From Nitrospinota bacterium (GTDB lineage: Bacteria > JADFOP01): a stretch of DNA of 58,428 nucleotides. Below, one piece after another: positions 45,797 to 55,811 of this stretch; within the stretch, counting starts at the first letter, position 1, and the number at the start of each line of letters is the position of its first letter. The stretch lies in the NCBI GenBank assembly GCA_022562795.1, contig JADFOP010000009.1, forward strand, positions 1-58,428, written 5' to 3'. The position numbers were made by a program, and so were the translations under genes. The notes under the pieces are model-generated. The model was not told the DNA's origin and did not search any database. It worked only from the letters and a program-made list of their open reading frames with translations.

Positions 45797-47206
45797 CTAA
45801 AGCCCCCGGAGGATGGTCTCGGCCGCCGCCACGCCGAGGGTGAGTGATACGGTCGTTGCGATCCCAGGCAAGGGATGGCGGGCTACCTTCACCAGGCCCC
45901 CTACTGTGGTCGTTGGGTTAAAGTCGTTTTGGTCGCTCTCGGGGATAGGCCGGCGAACCAAAGGGCTACCGGTGGCCTCGTCCTGAGGCACCAGCTCCCA
46001 GCGACCTGGCAGAAATGGCATTAGCCGCTCAAGCCGCTTGGTAAGCTCCTCCGGGAGGGTCAGGGAATCGGCCCCTGGAGCCTCGGCCAGCCAGCCGACC
46101 ATGAGGAATCGCCGAGTCATCTCCTTGAGTTTGTGGCGGCTCGCGGGGTTATGACTGAGGAGGAGGACCGGCTCTCCGGGCGCCGGACAGTAAGCGGCAA
46201 GCGGCGCAAGGGGTTCTGGAATCACCCCTTCCTCCACTACGAGCAGACAGGTTACCAAGTTCCCGGTTGTGCGCCGTGGCTGGGTCCGAAACCGCCCAAG
46301 GGGTAGGAGATGGCTGGGCTCTCCACCGGCCACCACAACCCTCTCCGCGGGCTCTGTAGAACGTCTTCTGCCCTCCCGAATCGAGATTCCACGGACCCGA
46401 CCGCCTCGTGTCTTCAACGCCCTCACCCTTGTTCCCAACCGGAGGCTTCCACCGGCCGCTTCCAACCGCCCGGCGAGCCAGCGAATTAGCCCATCGACCC
46501 CATCCCTTAGAACAGCCACCTCCTGGGCCGTCATCTTCATAGCCCACAGCCCTGCCGGTTGGGTCACCTCTTCGAGGGGTCGCCAGCAAACCGCCTCGAC
46601 GACCCCGTTAAGGTAGTGCCGTATCTCCCGCGGTAGCTCTTTCACCGGCCCGGCTGCGAAGGGCTCTTCCATTGCTTGGCGTTCCTCGCCGCTATCGGGA
46701 GGAGATGTTTCATGCCTCTGGTCCTCTGGCTCCCCGTCCGCCATCGCTTCGGTGGGCCTCTGGCCCGACGTCAGGAAGGAGTGCCCGACACCCTTCCGCC
46801 CGAGAGTCCAAGCCTCCCGGTCCCACTCTTGCGCGCAAGCCGTCCAAGATGCTAGCGCCGCGGGGAACTCCCGGCCTATTTCCTCGGCCAACCGCTCTCC
46901 CCAGTCAAGTCGATGGGGGTGGCCGAGCGCCTGAAGGCCCGTCGGGACAGGTTGGAGGAGGTGGCGCGCCGTCGCGCCGGGGTGGTCTTTCAGGGCGCCG
47001 AAGAGGCGCATGAGGGGTCGAGAGGAACGCCACCCCCATATGAGGTGGTCTCCGGGTAGGCGATTGATGCCCTTTAGGACCGGACCGTCACCAAGCCCCC
47101 CGGGCTGGGCGGCCGCCTCGAAGACGGTCACCTGGCAGCCCCGACGGGCCAGGAGGGCACCGGCGGCGAGGCCCGCCAGACTCGCACCCACTACGGCCAC
47201 CTTCAT
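45797..47206 (-). CDS. FAD-dependent oxidoreductase (phytoene desaturase-like, divergent)
   Basis: N-terminal dinucleotide fold VAVVGASLAGL.AG.LLA..G..VTVFEA...PGG. Confidence 0.7.
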   Translation of the reverse strand: MKVAVVGASLAGLAAGALLARRGCQVTVFEAAAQPGGLGDGPVLKGINRLPGDHLIWGWRSSRPLMRLFGALKDHPGATARHLLQPVPTGLQALGHPHRLDWGERLAEEIGREFPAALASWTACAQEWDREAWTLGRKGVGHSFLTSGQRPTEAMADGEPEDQRHETSPPDSGEERQAMEEPFAAGPVKELPREIRHYLNGVVEAVCWRPLEEVTQPAGLWAMKMTAQEVAVLRDGVDGLIRWLAGRLEAAGGSLRLGTRVRALKTRGGRVRGISIREGRRRSTEPAERVVVAGGEPSHLLPLGRFRTQPRRTTGNLVTCLLVVEEGVIPEPLAPLAAYCPAPGEPVLLLSHNPASRHKLKEMTRRFLMVGWLAEAPGADSLTLPEELTKRLERLMPFLPGRWELVPQDEATGSPLVRRPIPESDQNDFNPTTTVGGLVKVARHPLPGIATTVSLTLGVAAAETILRGL

Positions 47207-47326
47207 CCCTTAACCTCTCAGTCGCCTGCCACGGCCTCCAGCCCCTCGATGGAAGGGCGGCCCTCACCGGTGGATGGAAGACTCTTCAGCATTTAGACCG
47301 GTATTCTACCTCGTGGCGCACCCTCA

Positions 47327-48544
47327 TCATTTCCGCCTCTGGAGGGCCTGGATGCGGAGGCGAAGGGCGTTTAGGCGGATGAAGCCGGTGGCGTCGGCCT
47401 GGTCGTAGACCTCATCGGCTTCAAAGGTCGCGAACTCAGGTCGGTAGAGACCTACGGTGCTCGAGCGACCGACAACCGAACAGCTTCCTTTGTAAAGCTT
47501 CAAGCGCGCGGTGCCCGTCACCCCGCGCTGGGCCTCGTCAATGGTGGTTTGGAGCAGGCGCATCTCGGGCGAGAACCAGTAGCCGTAGTAGATGAGCTCG
47601 CTGTAGCGGGGGATGAGGCTATCGCGCAGGTGCATCACCTCCCGGTCCATGGTGATGGACTCTACGGCCTTGTGGGCCGCATGGAGGAGCGTGCCGCCCG
47701 GCGTTTCGTAGACCCCCCGGCTTTTAATCCCTACGTAGCGGTTCTCTACGAGGTCGAGCCGCCCGATACCGTGGGGGGCGGCGATGGCGTTGGCGCGCTC
47801 GAGCAGGGCCACGGGGCTCAGGGCCTCGCCGTCGATGGCCACCGGGTCGCCTTCGCGGTAGTCAACCTCCACGTACTTAGGCTCGTCGGGGGCCATCTCC
47901 GGCGCGGTGGTCACGAGAAACATAGCCTCGTCGGGCTCCCGCCACGGGTCCTCGAGGATGCCCCCCTCGTAGCTCGTATGAAGCATGTTACGGTCGACCG
48001 AGTAAGGCTTCTCCGCGCTCACGGGCACGGGAATTTCTCGCTCCCGGGCGTAGGAGAGGAGCGCCTCTCGGGAGTTGAGGTCCCACTCCCGCCAGGGAGC
48101 GATTATGGTTATATCGGGGTCGAGGGCGTAGTAGGTGAGCTCGAAGCGGACCTGGTCGTTGCCTTTTCCCGTGGCTCCGTGGCTCACGGTGTCCGCTCCC
48201 TCCCGTGCCGCGCATGCCATCTGGCCCTGGGCGATGCAGGGCCTGGCGATTGAGGTCCCCAGGAGGTAGCCCCCTTCGTAGACTGCGTTGCCCCGAAGGG
48301 CCGGCCAGACGAAGTCGCGAACGAAGGTTTCGCGCAGATCATCCGTCACAGCTGAGGTTGCTCCCGTTGCCACGGCCTTAGCCTCAATAGCCGGGAGGTC
48401 CTCTTCCTGGCCCAGGTCAGCGACGTAGGCAATCACATCGGCCTTGTAGGTCTCCTTGAGCCAGGCGAGAATGACGGAGGTGTCTAACCCCCCCGAGTAG
48501 GCCAGGACAATTTTCTCCGGCTTGGGTGCGGAGTGGGTGATCAT
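47327..48544 (-). CDS. argG: Argininosuccinate synthase
   Basis: [41 protein letters not shown]. Confidence 0.97.
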   Translation of the reverse strand: MITHSAPKPEKIVLAYSGGLDTSVILAWLKETYKADVIAYVADLGQEEDLPAIEAKAVATGATSAVTDDLRETFVRDFVWPALRGNAVYEGGYLLGTSIARPCIAQGQMACAAREGADTVSHGATGKGNDQVRFELTYYALDPDITIIAPWREWDLNSREALLSYAREREIPVPVSAEKPYSVDRNMLHTSYEGGILEDPWREPDEAMFLVTTAPEMAPDEPKYVEVDYREGDPVAIDGEALSPVALLERANAIAAPHGIGRLDLVENRYVGIKSRGVYETPGGTLLHAAHKAVESITMDREVMHLRDSLIPRYSELIYYGYWFSPEMRLLQTTIDEAQRGVTGTARLKLYKGSCSVVGRSSTVGLYRPEFATFEADEVYDQADATGFIRLNALRLRIQALQRRK

Positions 48545-49479
48545 GCCGGTGCGCCCCTTTCGCCCATGAGAAACCCCAGGAGGGCTTTTTGGAGGTGGAG
48601 GCGGTTTTCGGCCTGCTCGTAGATGATCGAGGCTGGCCCGTCGGCCACATCCGAAGCTATCTCCTCACCCCGGTGGGCCGGAAGGCAGTGCATGACGACG
48701 GCGCCAGGCCGGGCAGTGCTCAGCAAGTCTTCGTCGATGGTGTAGCCGGCGAAGGCGGCCCGGCGTTTGTCGGCATCAACCTCCTGGCCCATGCTCGCCC
48801 AGACGTCGGTGTAGAGAACGTCGGCCCCATCGGCTGCCTCGGCGGGCTTTCGCACAATCTTTATGGTTGCGCCGGTCTCGGCGGCCAGATTCTCGGCCGC
48901 CGTTCGGATGGCGTGATCGGGCTCGTAGCTCTCCGGGCAGGCCAGGACCAAGGTTAGCTTGAGCTTTGCCGCAGCACTGAGCCAGGAGTTGGCGACGTTG
49001 TTGCCGTCGCCTATGTAGGCGATGGTACGGTCCTTAAGGCTTCCGAAGTGCTCCAGAATGGTAAAGCAGTCGGATAGCACCTGACAGGGGTGGAGGAGGT
49101 CTGAGAGACCGTTGATGACGGGCACGGTGGCGTGGCGGGCCAGCTCTTCGACGTCAGCCTGGGCGAAAGCCCGAAAGACTACGCCGTCGAGGTAGCGCGA
49201 AAGGGTCCGGGCTGAGTCCGCGATAGTCTCTCCGCGGCCCATCTGGAGGTCGGAGGCCGATAGAAAAATCGCATGGCCGCCGAGTTGAAACATGCCCACC
49301 TCGAAAGAGACCCGCGTTCGCGTGGAGGGCTTCATGAAGATCATCCCGAGGGTCTTGCCAGCCAATGTCGGGTGGGGGATGCCGGCCTTTTGCTCCTCCT
49401 TTAGGCGGCGGGCCCGACCGAAGAGCCCTTCGATCTCTCCTGCGGTGAGATCCGCGATACTGAGAAAGTCCCGTTTCAT
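48541..49479 (-). CDS. argF: Ornithine carbamoyltransferase
   Basis: [35 protein letters not shown]. Confidence 0.96.
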   Translation of the reverse strand: MKRDFLSIADLTAGEIEGLFGRARRLKEEQKAGIPHPTLAGKTLGMIFMKPSTRTRVSFEVGMFQLGGHAIFLSASDLQMGRGETIADSARTLSRYLDGVVFRAFAQADVEELARHATVPVINGLSDLLHPCQVLSDCFTILEHFGSLKDRTIAYIGDGNNVANSWLSAAAKLKLTLVLACPESYEPDHAIRTAAENLAAETGATIKIVRKPAEAADGADVLYTDVWASMGQEVDADKRRAAFAGYTIDEDLLSTARPGAVVMHCLPAHRGEEIASDVADGPASIIYEQAENRLHLQKALLGFLMGERGAPA

Positions 49480-50672
49480 GCCCCGTCCTCTACCAGGAGC
49501 TCGTCCAGAACCCCGACGGCCCGGTCCACATCAGCCTCGGTGATGACCAGTGGAGGCAGAAAGCGCCAGACCGTTTCCCTGGGACAATTGATGATAACCC
49601 CTCGCTCTAGGGCCTTGAGAAGGAAGGGCCGGGCGTCCCGGTCGAGCTCTACACCTATCATGAGACCCAGGCCGCGCACCTCGCGGACTGCCTGGTGGCG
49701 GGCTTGAAGCTCTTCCAGCCGCTGCCGAAAGTAGGCCCCCACTTTTCGAGCGTTGGCCATCAACTGCTCGGTCTCCAGTGTCTCCAGTGCGGCCAGGGCC
49801 GCAGCGCAGACCAGGGGGTTGCCTCCAAAGGTCGAAGCATGCGTTCCTGGGCCCAGGTGCTGGGCGAGATCGTCCGTCGTCAACATCGCTCCAATCGGCA
49901 CTCCACCGCCGAGCGATTTCGCTACGGTCATGATGTGCGGGGGAGCGCCAAACGCCTCGTAGGCGAAGAGGTGGCCTGTGCGCCCGAAGCCGGTCTGAAT
50001 TTCGTCGTAGACAAGCAGAAGGTCTCGGGCATCACAGAGGCGCCGAAGTCCGGGTAGGTAACCCTCGTCGGGGACAATTACCCCTCCCTCGCCCTGGATC
50101 GGCTCCACTAACACTGCGCAGGTCCGCTCCGTCACAGCCGCCTCCAGCGCCGGGAGGTCATTGAAGGGAACGAATCGAAAGCCTTCCAGCAAGGGCTCGA
50201 AGTCCTCGCGCACCTTGGCCTGGCCCGTGGCCGAAAGAGTCGCCATCGTGCGGCCGTGGAAGGAGTTTTCCATGACGAGGATTTCGTGGCGGCCGGGACC
50301 ATAGCGGTCTCGGCCCGCTTTTCGGGCAAGCTTGATGGCCGCCTCGTTGGCTTCGGCGCCCGAGTTGCAAAAGAAGGCCCGCTCGGCGAAGGAGCGCTCG
50401 ACCAACGCTTCGGCCAGGCGCACCTGCTCTTCGATGTGGTAGAGGTTGCTGACGTGGAGCAGCCTGGAGGCTTGGTGGGCGATGGCCTCTACCACCCGGG
50501 GGTGGCAGTGGCCTAGATTGCTGGTGCCGAGCCCCGCGGCGAGGTCGAGATACTCCTTACCGTCGGCGTCCCAGACGGTGGCTCCCTCGCCCCTGACGAT
50601 GGCCACCGGATAACGGCTATAAGTGGGAACGAGAACGCGCGCTGCGCGCTCCATGATCTCTTGGGTATTCAT
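49476..50672 (-). CDS. argD: Acetylornithine aminotransferase
   Basis: NSGAEANEAA.KLAR, FHGRT, EPIQGEGG, DEIQTG.GRTG, AKSLGGG, STFGGNP; arg operon context. Confidence 0.93.
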   Translation of the reverse strand: MNTQEIMERAARVLVPTYSRYPVAIVRGEGATVWDADGKEYLDLAAGLGTSNLGHCHPRVVEAIAHQASRLLHVSNLYHIEEQVRLAEALVERSFAERAFFCNSGAEANEAAIKLARKAGRDRYGPGRHEILVMENSFHGRTMATLSATGQAKVREDFEPLLEGFRFVPFNDLPALEAAVTERTCAVLVEPIQGEGGVIVPDEGYLPGLRRLCDARDLLLVYDEIQTGFGRTGHLFAYEAFGAPPHIMTVAKSLGGGVPIGAMLTTDDLAQHLGPGTHASTFGGNPLVCAAALAALETLETEQLMANARKVGAYFRQRLEELQARHQAVREVRGLGLMIGVELDRDARPFLLKALERGVIINCPRETVWRFLPPLVITEADVDRAVGVLDELLVEDGA

Positions 50673-50679
50673 GACCTGC

Positions 50680-51582
50680 TCACTGATCGGGAGACTTGTC
50701 GAGGATCTCGGTACCGATACCCGCGTCGGTGAAAAGCTCTAGGACGAGGGAGTGAGGGATCCGCCCGTCGATGATGTGGGTCTTAGGCACCCCGCCTTCG
50801 AGTGCATCGAGGCATGCCTTGACTTTGGGCACCATCCCGGTATTGATGACCCCCTCGGCGATGAGCCGCTCGCTCTCGGCTCGGGTGAGGGTCGAGAGCA
50901 GTGCATCATCGCGGCCGAGGATGCCCTCGACGTCACTGAGTAGGATGAACCGCTCGGCTCCGAGTGCCACGGCAATGGTTGAGGCCACGTGGTCGGCGTT
51001 GATGTTGAAGGCCCCGCCATCCTCGCCCACTCCCACCGGGGCCACGATCGGGATGAACCGAGACCCTTCGAGGTCCTTGAGGACATCGGGGTTGATGGCC
51101 TCGACCTCACCGACCCGTCCCAGGTCGATAATCTCCGGCGGGCCCGGCTCTTCCGTGGGCTTTGTCAAGGCAAGCTTCCGGGCCCGGATGAGCCCTTCGT
51201 CTTTGCCGCTGAGCCCAACGGCGTCGCCTCCGTAGGCGTTGATGCTCTCCACAATTGACTTGTTGACCTGGCCGACGAGCACCATCTCCACAACGTTCAT
51301 CGTCTCGTCATCGGTCACCCGCAGCCCCTCGACGAAGCGGGGCTCCATACCTAGCTGCTCCATGACCTGGCCGATCTGAGGCCCTCCCCCGTGGACGACG
51401 ATTGGGTAAATGCCGACCGCCTGAAGGAGGATGACATCCGTGGCGAAGGACTTCTTCAGCTCCTCTTCCACCATGGCGGCCCCACCGTACTTGATGACCA
51501 TGGTTTTGCCGAAAAACCGGCGGAAGTAGGGAAGTGCCTCGACGAGGATGGCTGCCTTCTGGTGGGCTGATATGCCGGGCAT
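50680..51582 (-). CDS. argB: Acetylglutamate kinase
   Basis: EALPY, KYGGAAM, VHGGGP, GLRVTD, NINAD, GMVPK, ELFTD.GIGT. Confidence 0.96.
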   Translation of the reverse strand: MPGISAHQKAAILVEALPYFRRFFGKTMVIKYGGAAMVEEELKKSFATDVILLQAVGIYPIVVHGGGPQIGQVMEQLGMEPRFVEGLRVTDDETMNVVEMVLVGQVNKSIVESINAYGGDAVGLSGKDEGLIRARKLALTKPTEEPGPPEIIDLGRVGEVEAINPDVLKDLEGSRFIPIVAPVGVGEDGGAFNINADHVASTIAVALGAERFILLSDVEGILGRDDALLSTLTRAESERLIAEGVINTGMVPKVKACLDALEGGVPKTHIIDGRIPHSLVLELFTDAGIGTEILDKSPDQ

Positions 51583-51599
51583 GTCTCTCCCCTTCGACG

Positions 51600-52958
51600 C
51601 TAAAGGATGTAGCGGCTCAGGTCTTCGTCCTTGATTATGGCCTCCAGCTTCTTTCGCACATACGGGGCGTCGATGAGAATCTCCTCTCCCCGCCGCTCGG
51701 GGGCCTCGAAGGAGATCTCTTCGAAGAGCCGTTCCATGATGGTGTGGAGTCGGCGGGCTCCGATGTTCTCGGTGCGTGTGTTTACCAACTCAGCCATACT
51801 GGCGATCTCCTCCACGGCGTCCTCGGTGATCGTCGCCCGCACTCCCTCGGTTCCCATCAGTGCCATGTACTGCTTGGTCAGCGCGTTGGCGGGCTCGGTT
51901 AGAATGCGGATGAACTCGGCCTTATGGAGGCTCTCGAGCTCGACTCGAATTGGAAAGCGTCCCTGGAGTTCGGGCACCAGGTCGCTAGGCTTGGCCGAGT
52001 GGAAGGCCCCGGCGGCGATGAAGAGGATGTGGTCTGTCTTCACGGGGCCGTATTTCGTCATGACCGTGGAGCCTTCGACGATCGGAAGCAGATCCCGCTG
52101 CACACCCTCCCGGGAGACGTCAGGTCCGCCGTAGGTTCCCTCCCGGCCTGCAATTTTATCAATCTCGTCAAGGAAGATGATGCCTGATTGCTCGACCCGC
52201 TCCACGGCCTGGCGGGTGACCTTATCCATGTCGATGAGCTTATCCGCCTCTTCCTGTATGAGAATGTCCCGGGCCTCGGCCACCGTTACCATCCGGGCCT
52301 TCTTGCGTTGTGGCATGAAGCCGCTCAGCATATCTTTTATCTGGTGCTCCATATCTTCCATTCCGGAGCCGGCCAGTGCATGGATGAAGGGGCTCTGTGT
52401 CTCGGTCACTTCGACCTCCACCTCCCGCTCGTCCAGGTGGCCCTCTTTCAGCAATCGTCGGACTTTTTCACGGGTCGAGGACGGGGCCTGCTCGGCTGGT
52501 GGATCGGGCCCGACGCCCGTCTGTTGGGGAGGGGATATGGGAGTAGGCGGCAACAGCATGTCTAAGAGCCGCTCCTCGGCCCTCCGTACCGCATCGGGCT
52601 CGACGGCTTCGATCATCTCCTTGCGAACCATATTTCTGGAAAGCTCGGTTAAGTCCCTTATCATACTCTCGACGTCGCGGCCCACATAGCCTACCTCGGT
52701 GAACTTGCTAGCCTCAACCTTCGTAAACGGGCTCCGGGTAAGCCGCGCCAGGCGCCGGGCGATTTCGGTCTTGCCAACCCCGGTGGGCCCGATCATGATG
52801 ATGTTCTTCGGCGCAACCTCTTCTCTAAGCTCCGGCTCAAGCTGCTGGCGTCGCCACCGGTTTCTAAGCGCAATGGCTACCGCCCGCTTGGCGTCGGCCT
52901 GGCCTATTATGTACTTGTCCAGCTCTTGGACAATCTGTCTCGGTGTGAGTTGATCCAT
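51600..52958 (-). CDS. hslU: ATP-dependent protease ATPase subunit
   Basis: [48 protein letters not shown]. Confidence 0.97.
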   Translation of the reverse strand: MDQLTPRQIVQELDKYIIGQADAKRAVAIALRNRWRRQQLEPELREEVAPKNIIMIGPTGVGKTEIARRLARLTRSPFTKVEASKFTEVGYVGRDVESMIRDLTELSRNMVRKEMIEAVEPDAVRRAEERLLDMLLPPTPISPPQQTGVGPDPPAEQAPSSTREKVRRLLKEGHLDEREVEVEVTETQSPFIHALAGSGMEDMEHQIKDMLSGFMPQRKKARMVTVAEARDILIQEEADKLIDMDKVTRQAVERVEQSGIIFLDEIDKIAGREGTYGGPDVSREGVQRDLLPIVEGSTVMTKYGPVKTDHILFIAAGAFHSAKPSDLVPELQGRFPIRVELESLHKAEFIRILTEPANALTKQYMALMGTEGVRATITEDAVEEIASMAELVNTRTENIGARRLHTIMERLFEEISFEAPERRGEEILIDAPYVRKKLEAIIKDEDLSRYIL

Positions 52959-52963
52959 CTTCC

Positions 52964-53500
52964 CTACTCCGCCTTCAGCTCCAGGAGGGTGACGCGATCG
53001 TTGGTGTAAACATCCAGGGTCGCAGCAACAGCCATAGCCTCTTCGACTATCGCCCGGGCCGGAAGGTTCGTGTTGGCGAGAAGCGCTCTTGCCGCGGCGG
53101 TGGCGTACGGTCCACCAGAGCCGATGCCGATGATCCCGTCGTCGGGCTCGATGACGTCCCCCGTCCCAGACAGCAGGAAGCTATTTTTCCTGTCGGCGAC
53201 CGCCAAAAGGGCCTCCAGGCGCCTCAGCACCCGGTCGGTCCGCCACTCCTTGGCGAGCTCCACCGCCGCCCGCGGAAGGTTGCCCCGGAACTCCTCGAGC
53301 TTTGCCTCGAAGCGGCCCAGCAGGGCGAGGGCATCGGCCGCCGTCCCGGCGAACCCCACCAGGACGTTATCCCCGTACATGAGGCGCACCTTGCTGGCGC
53401 CGTGCTTCACGGCCGTCTGGCCGAAGGAGACCTGGCCGTCGCTGGCCATTGCGACCGCCCCGTCGCGGTGCATACAACAGATGGTAGTGGCGCGCATCAC
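52964..53500 (-). CDS. hslV: ATP-dependent protease peptidase subunit
   Basis: TTI, DGQV, GFAG..ADA, WRTDR.LRRLEA, GSGG.YA.AAA. Confidence 0.96.
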   Translation of the reverse strand: MMRATTICCMHRDGAVAMASDGQVSFGQTAVKHGASKVRLMYGDNVLVGFAGTAADALALLGRFEAKLEEFRGNLPRAAVELAKEWRTDRVLRRLEALLAVADRKNSFLLSGTGDVIEPDDGIIGIGSGGPYATAAARALLANTNLPARAIVEEAMAVAATLDVYTNDRVTLLELKAE

Positions 53501-53506
53501 GCCGCC

Positions 53507-54445
53507 TTACTCCTTCCGGGCCCGGGGATGGGCCGAATCGTAGACCGCCATGATGCGGTCGGTGGAGACGTGTGTGTATTGCTGGGTTGTCGCCAAGGAG
53601 GCGTGGCCCAGCAGCTCCTGGATGACCCGGAGGTCCATGCCCGCATCGAGCAGGTGTGTGGCGAAAGCGTGCCGAAGCGTGTGGGGGCTCATGGCACGCG
53701 GAACACCGCTCACCCGGAGGTACTTATTTACGAGAAAAGCAACTCCACGTGAGGTGAGGCGCCCCCCCCTCTGGTTGACGAAGAGGGCATTCTCATCGCC
53801 GAGGCCCCTTCCGGCGAGGAGCGCCTTCCTGCCGGGCAGATAGCGCTCCACCGCTTGGCATGCCTCCCGACCTACGGGCACGATGCGCTCCTTACGCCCC
53901 TTGCCCACCACCTTAACGTAGCGGTGGGATAGGTTTATGTCCTCGACGTCGAGGGACACCAACTCGCTGAGGCGAAGTCCCGACGCGTAAAACAGCTCCA
54001 GCATGGCCACGTCCCGGACGAGAAACCCACTGCCGGCCCTGGGAGAGGCAAGGAGCCGGTCCACATCATCGTAGGTCACCACCGGGGGAAGCAGTTTCGG
54101 CTGCTTCGGGCTCGCCACTTCCAGGGCGGGATTGGTCTTAACCGCCCCCTCCCGCTTGCACCATCGGAAGAAGGTCCTCAGGACAGCAAGTTTGCGGCCC
54201 TGAGAGCTGGCTGCCCGGCCCTCGCGATAGAGCCACCCTAGATACGCCCTGACGACCCGAAGGTCAACGTCTCCCGGAGCGACCCCCGCCGCCTCGTCGG
54301 CCTCAACAAGGGGCGAGGAGACGCAGAAGGCGACGAACTGTCGCAAATCACTGCCGTAGGAACGTCGGGTATGGACCGATGCGTTTCGCTCCACCGCCAG
54401 GTAGCGGTCGAAGTCGGCGAGAAGCTCCTCCATACGGGCCCTCAT
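53507..54445 (-). CDS. xerC: Tyrosine recombinase XerC
   Basis: GLRLSEL, GKGRKER, HTLRHAFATH, LLGHASL.TTQ.YT; position between trmFO and hslV. Confidence 0.9.
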   Translation of the reverse strand: MRARMEELLADFDRYLAVERNASVHTRRSYGSDLRQFVAFCVSSPLVEADEAAGVAPGDVDLRVVRAYLGWLYREGRAASSQGRKLAVLRTFFRWCKREGAVKTNPALEVASPKQPKLLPPVVTYDDVDRLLASPRAGSGFLVRDVAMLELFYASGLRLSELVSLDVEDINLSHRYVKVVGKGRKERIVPVGREACQAVERYLPGRKALLAGRGLGDENALFVNQRGGRLTSRGVAFLVNKYLRVSGVPRAMSPHTLRHAFATHLLDAGMDLRVIQELLGHASLATTQQYTHVSTDRIMAVYDSAHPRARKE

Positions 54446-54476
54446 CCCGGGCGAAGGCTGGCGCTAAAGCTTTACT

Positions 54477-55811
54477 CTACAACATTGTAGACTGTTTTCG
54501 AAGGCCCGTCAAGCAACTGTTCCGGAAGGTTTTAGCCACAGCCTCGGCCCTGGCGGCCACCGCCGCCCGGGCAGCCTTCTTTGGCCGAACGCGCTCGCTC
54601 AAAGGGGGGAAGAGGCCGAAGTTGATATTCATCGGCTGGAAGGTCTTGGGTGCTGCTCGGCTAAGGTAGCCCAGTATCGCCCCGAACGCCGTCTCGGGAG
54701 GGAAGACGGCCGGTGGGAGACCATCGTAGAGGCGGGCCGCATTGAGCCCCGCCACGAGCCCCGTGGCCGCGCTCTCCAGGTAGCCCTCCACCCCCGTCAG
54801 CTGGCCGGCGCAGAAGAGGTCGGGCCGGCGACGGAAAGCAAGCCCAGGGCCAAGGACCGCCGGCGCGTTGAGGTAGGTGTTGCGGTGGACCATCCCGTAT
54901 CGGAGGAACTCGGCTTCGCCCAGGCCCGGGATGAGGCGAAATATGCGGGCCTGCTCGCCCCACTTGAGCTTCGTCTGAAAGCCAACCAGGTTGTAGGCGC
55001 TGCCGGGGGCGTCCTCGCGGCGAAGCTGGACGACGGCGTGGGGGGTGCGGCCGTCGCGGACGAGGCCGACGGGTTTCATGGGGCCGTAGCGCAGGGTCTC
55101 TCGACCCCGGCTCGCCATCTCCTCGATGGGCAGGCAGCCCTCGAAGAAGAGAGCCTCCTCGAAGGGGTGGGGGGCGTAGGTCTCCCCGCTCACAAGAGCC
55201 TCGTAAAAGTCGTCGTAGTCGGCTTCGGTGAGGGGGCAGTTGAGGTAGTCGTCCGTGCCACCCTTCCCGTAGCGGGAAGCGAAGTAGGCCACCTCGTAGT
55301 CGATGGACTCCCCGTCCACGATGGGGCTGATGGCGTCGTAGAAGTAGAGGAACTCGTCGCCCGTAAGCTCCGCCAGGGCCTCGCTCATAGCCTGCGATGT
55401 AAGCGGCCCGGTGGCGATGATAACCGGCCCCTCGGAGGGGAGCTCCCGGACCTCCTCGCGGTGAAGTGTGATGAGGGGATGGCCCACAACGGCCTCGGTC
55501 ATTGTTTGAGCGAAGCGCTCCCGGTCGACGGCAAGCGCCTGACCGGCTGGGACGCGGGTTGCATCGGCCGCCGCCATGACAATTGAGCCCCAAAGCCTCA
55601 TCTCCTCCTTAAGAATGCCCGGGGCACTGGTTGGCGAGGCGGATTTCAAGGAGTTGGAGCACACCAACTCGGCGAGCATGTCGGTTGTGTGAGCCGGGGT
55701 TGTCCGGGAAGGCCGCATTTCGTAGAGGGCCACTGGAACGCCCTGGCTCGCGGCCTGCCAGGCAGCCTCGCAGCCGGCGAGACCTCCACCGATAATACGA
55801 ATTGGCTCCAT
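54477..55811 (-). CDS. trmFO: tRNA (uracil-5-)-methyltransferase, FADH2-oxidizing
   Basis: IIGGGLAGCEAAWQ, ELVCSNS, GPMKPVGL, HRNTY, GVEGY.ESAA, FQPMN.NFG; TGATG overlap with topA. Confidence 0.95.
   Translation of the reverse strand: MEPIRIIGGGLAGCEAAWQAASQGVPVALYEMRPSRTTPAHTTDMLAELVCSNSLKSASPTSAPGILKEEMRLWGSIVMAAADATRVPAGQALAVDRERFAQTMTEAVVGHPLITLHREEVRELPSEGPVIIATGPLTSQAMSEALAELTGDEFLYFYDAISPIVDGESIDYEVAYFASRYGKGGTDDYLNCPLTEADYDDFYEALVSGETYAPHPFEEALFFEGCLPIEEMASRGRETLRYGPMKPVGLVRDGRTPHAVVQLRREDAPGSAYNLVGFQTKLKWGEQARIFRLIPGLGEAEFLRYGMVHRNTYLNAPAVLGPGLAFRRRPDLFCAGQLTGVEGYLESAATGLVAGLNAARLYDGLPPAVFPPETAFGAILGYLSRAAPKTFQPMNINFGLFPPLSERVRPKKAARAAVAARAEAVAKTFRNSCLTGLRKQSTML

Noticed and set aside
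53507-54445. Phage or island integrase
   Set aside because: Sits in the conserved topA-trmFO-xerC-hslVU housekeeping block, far from the tail-like genes.
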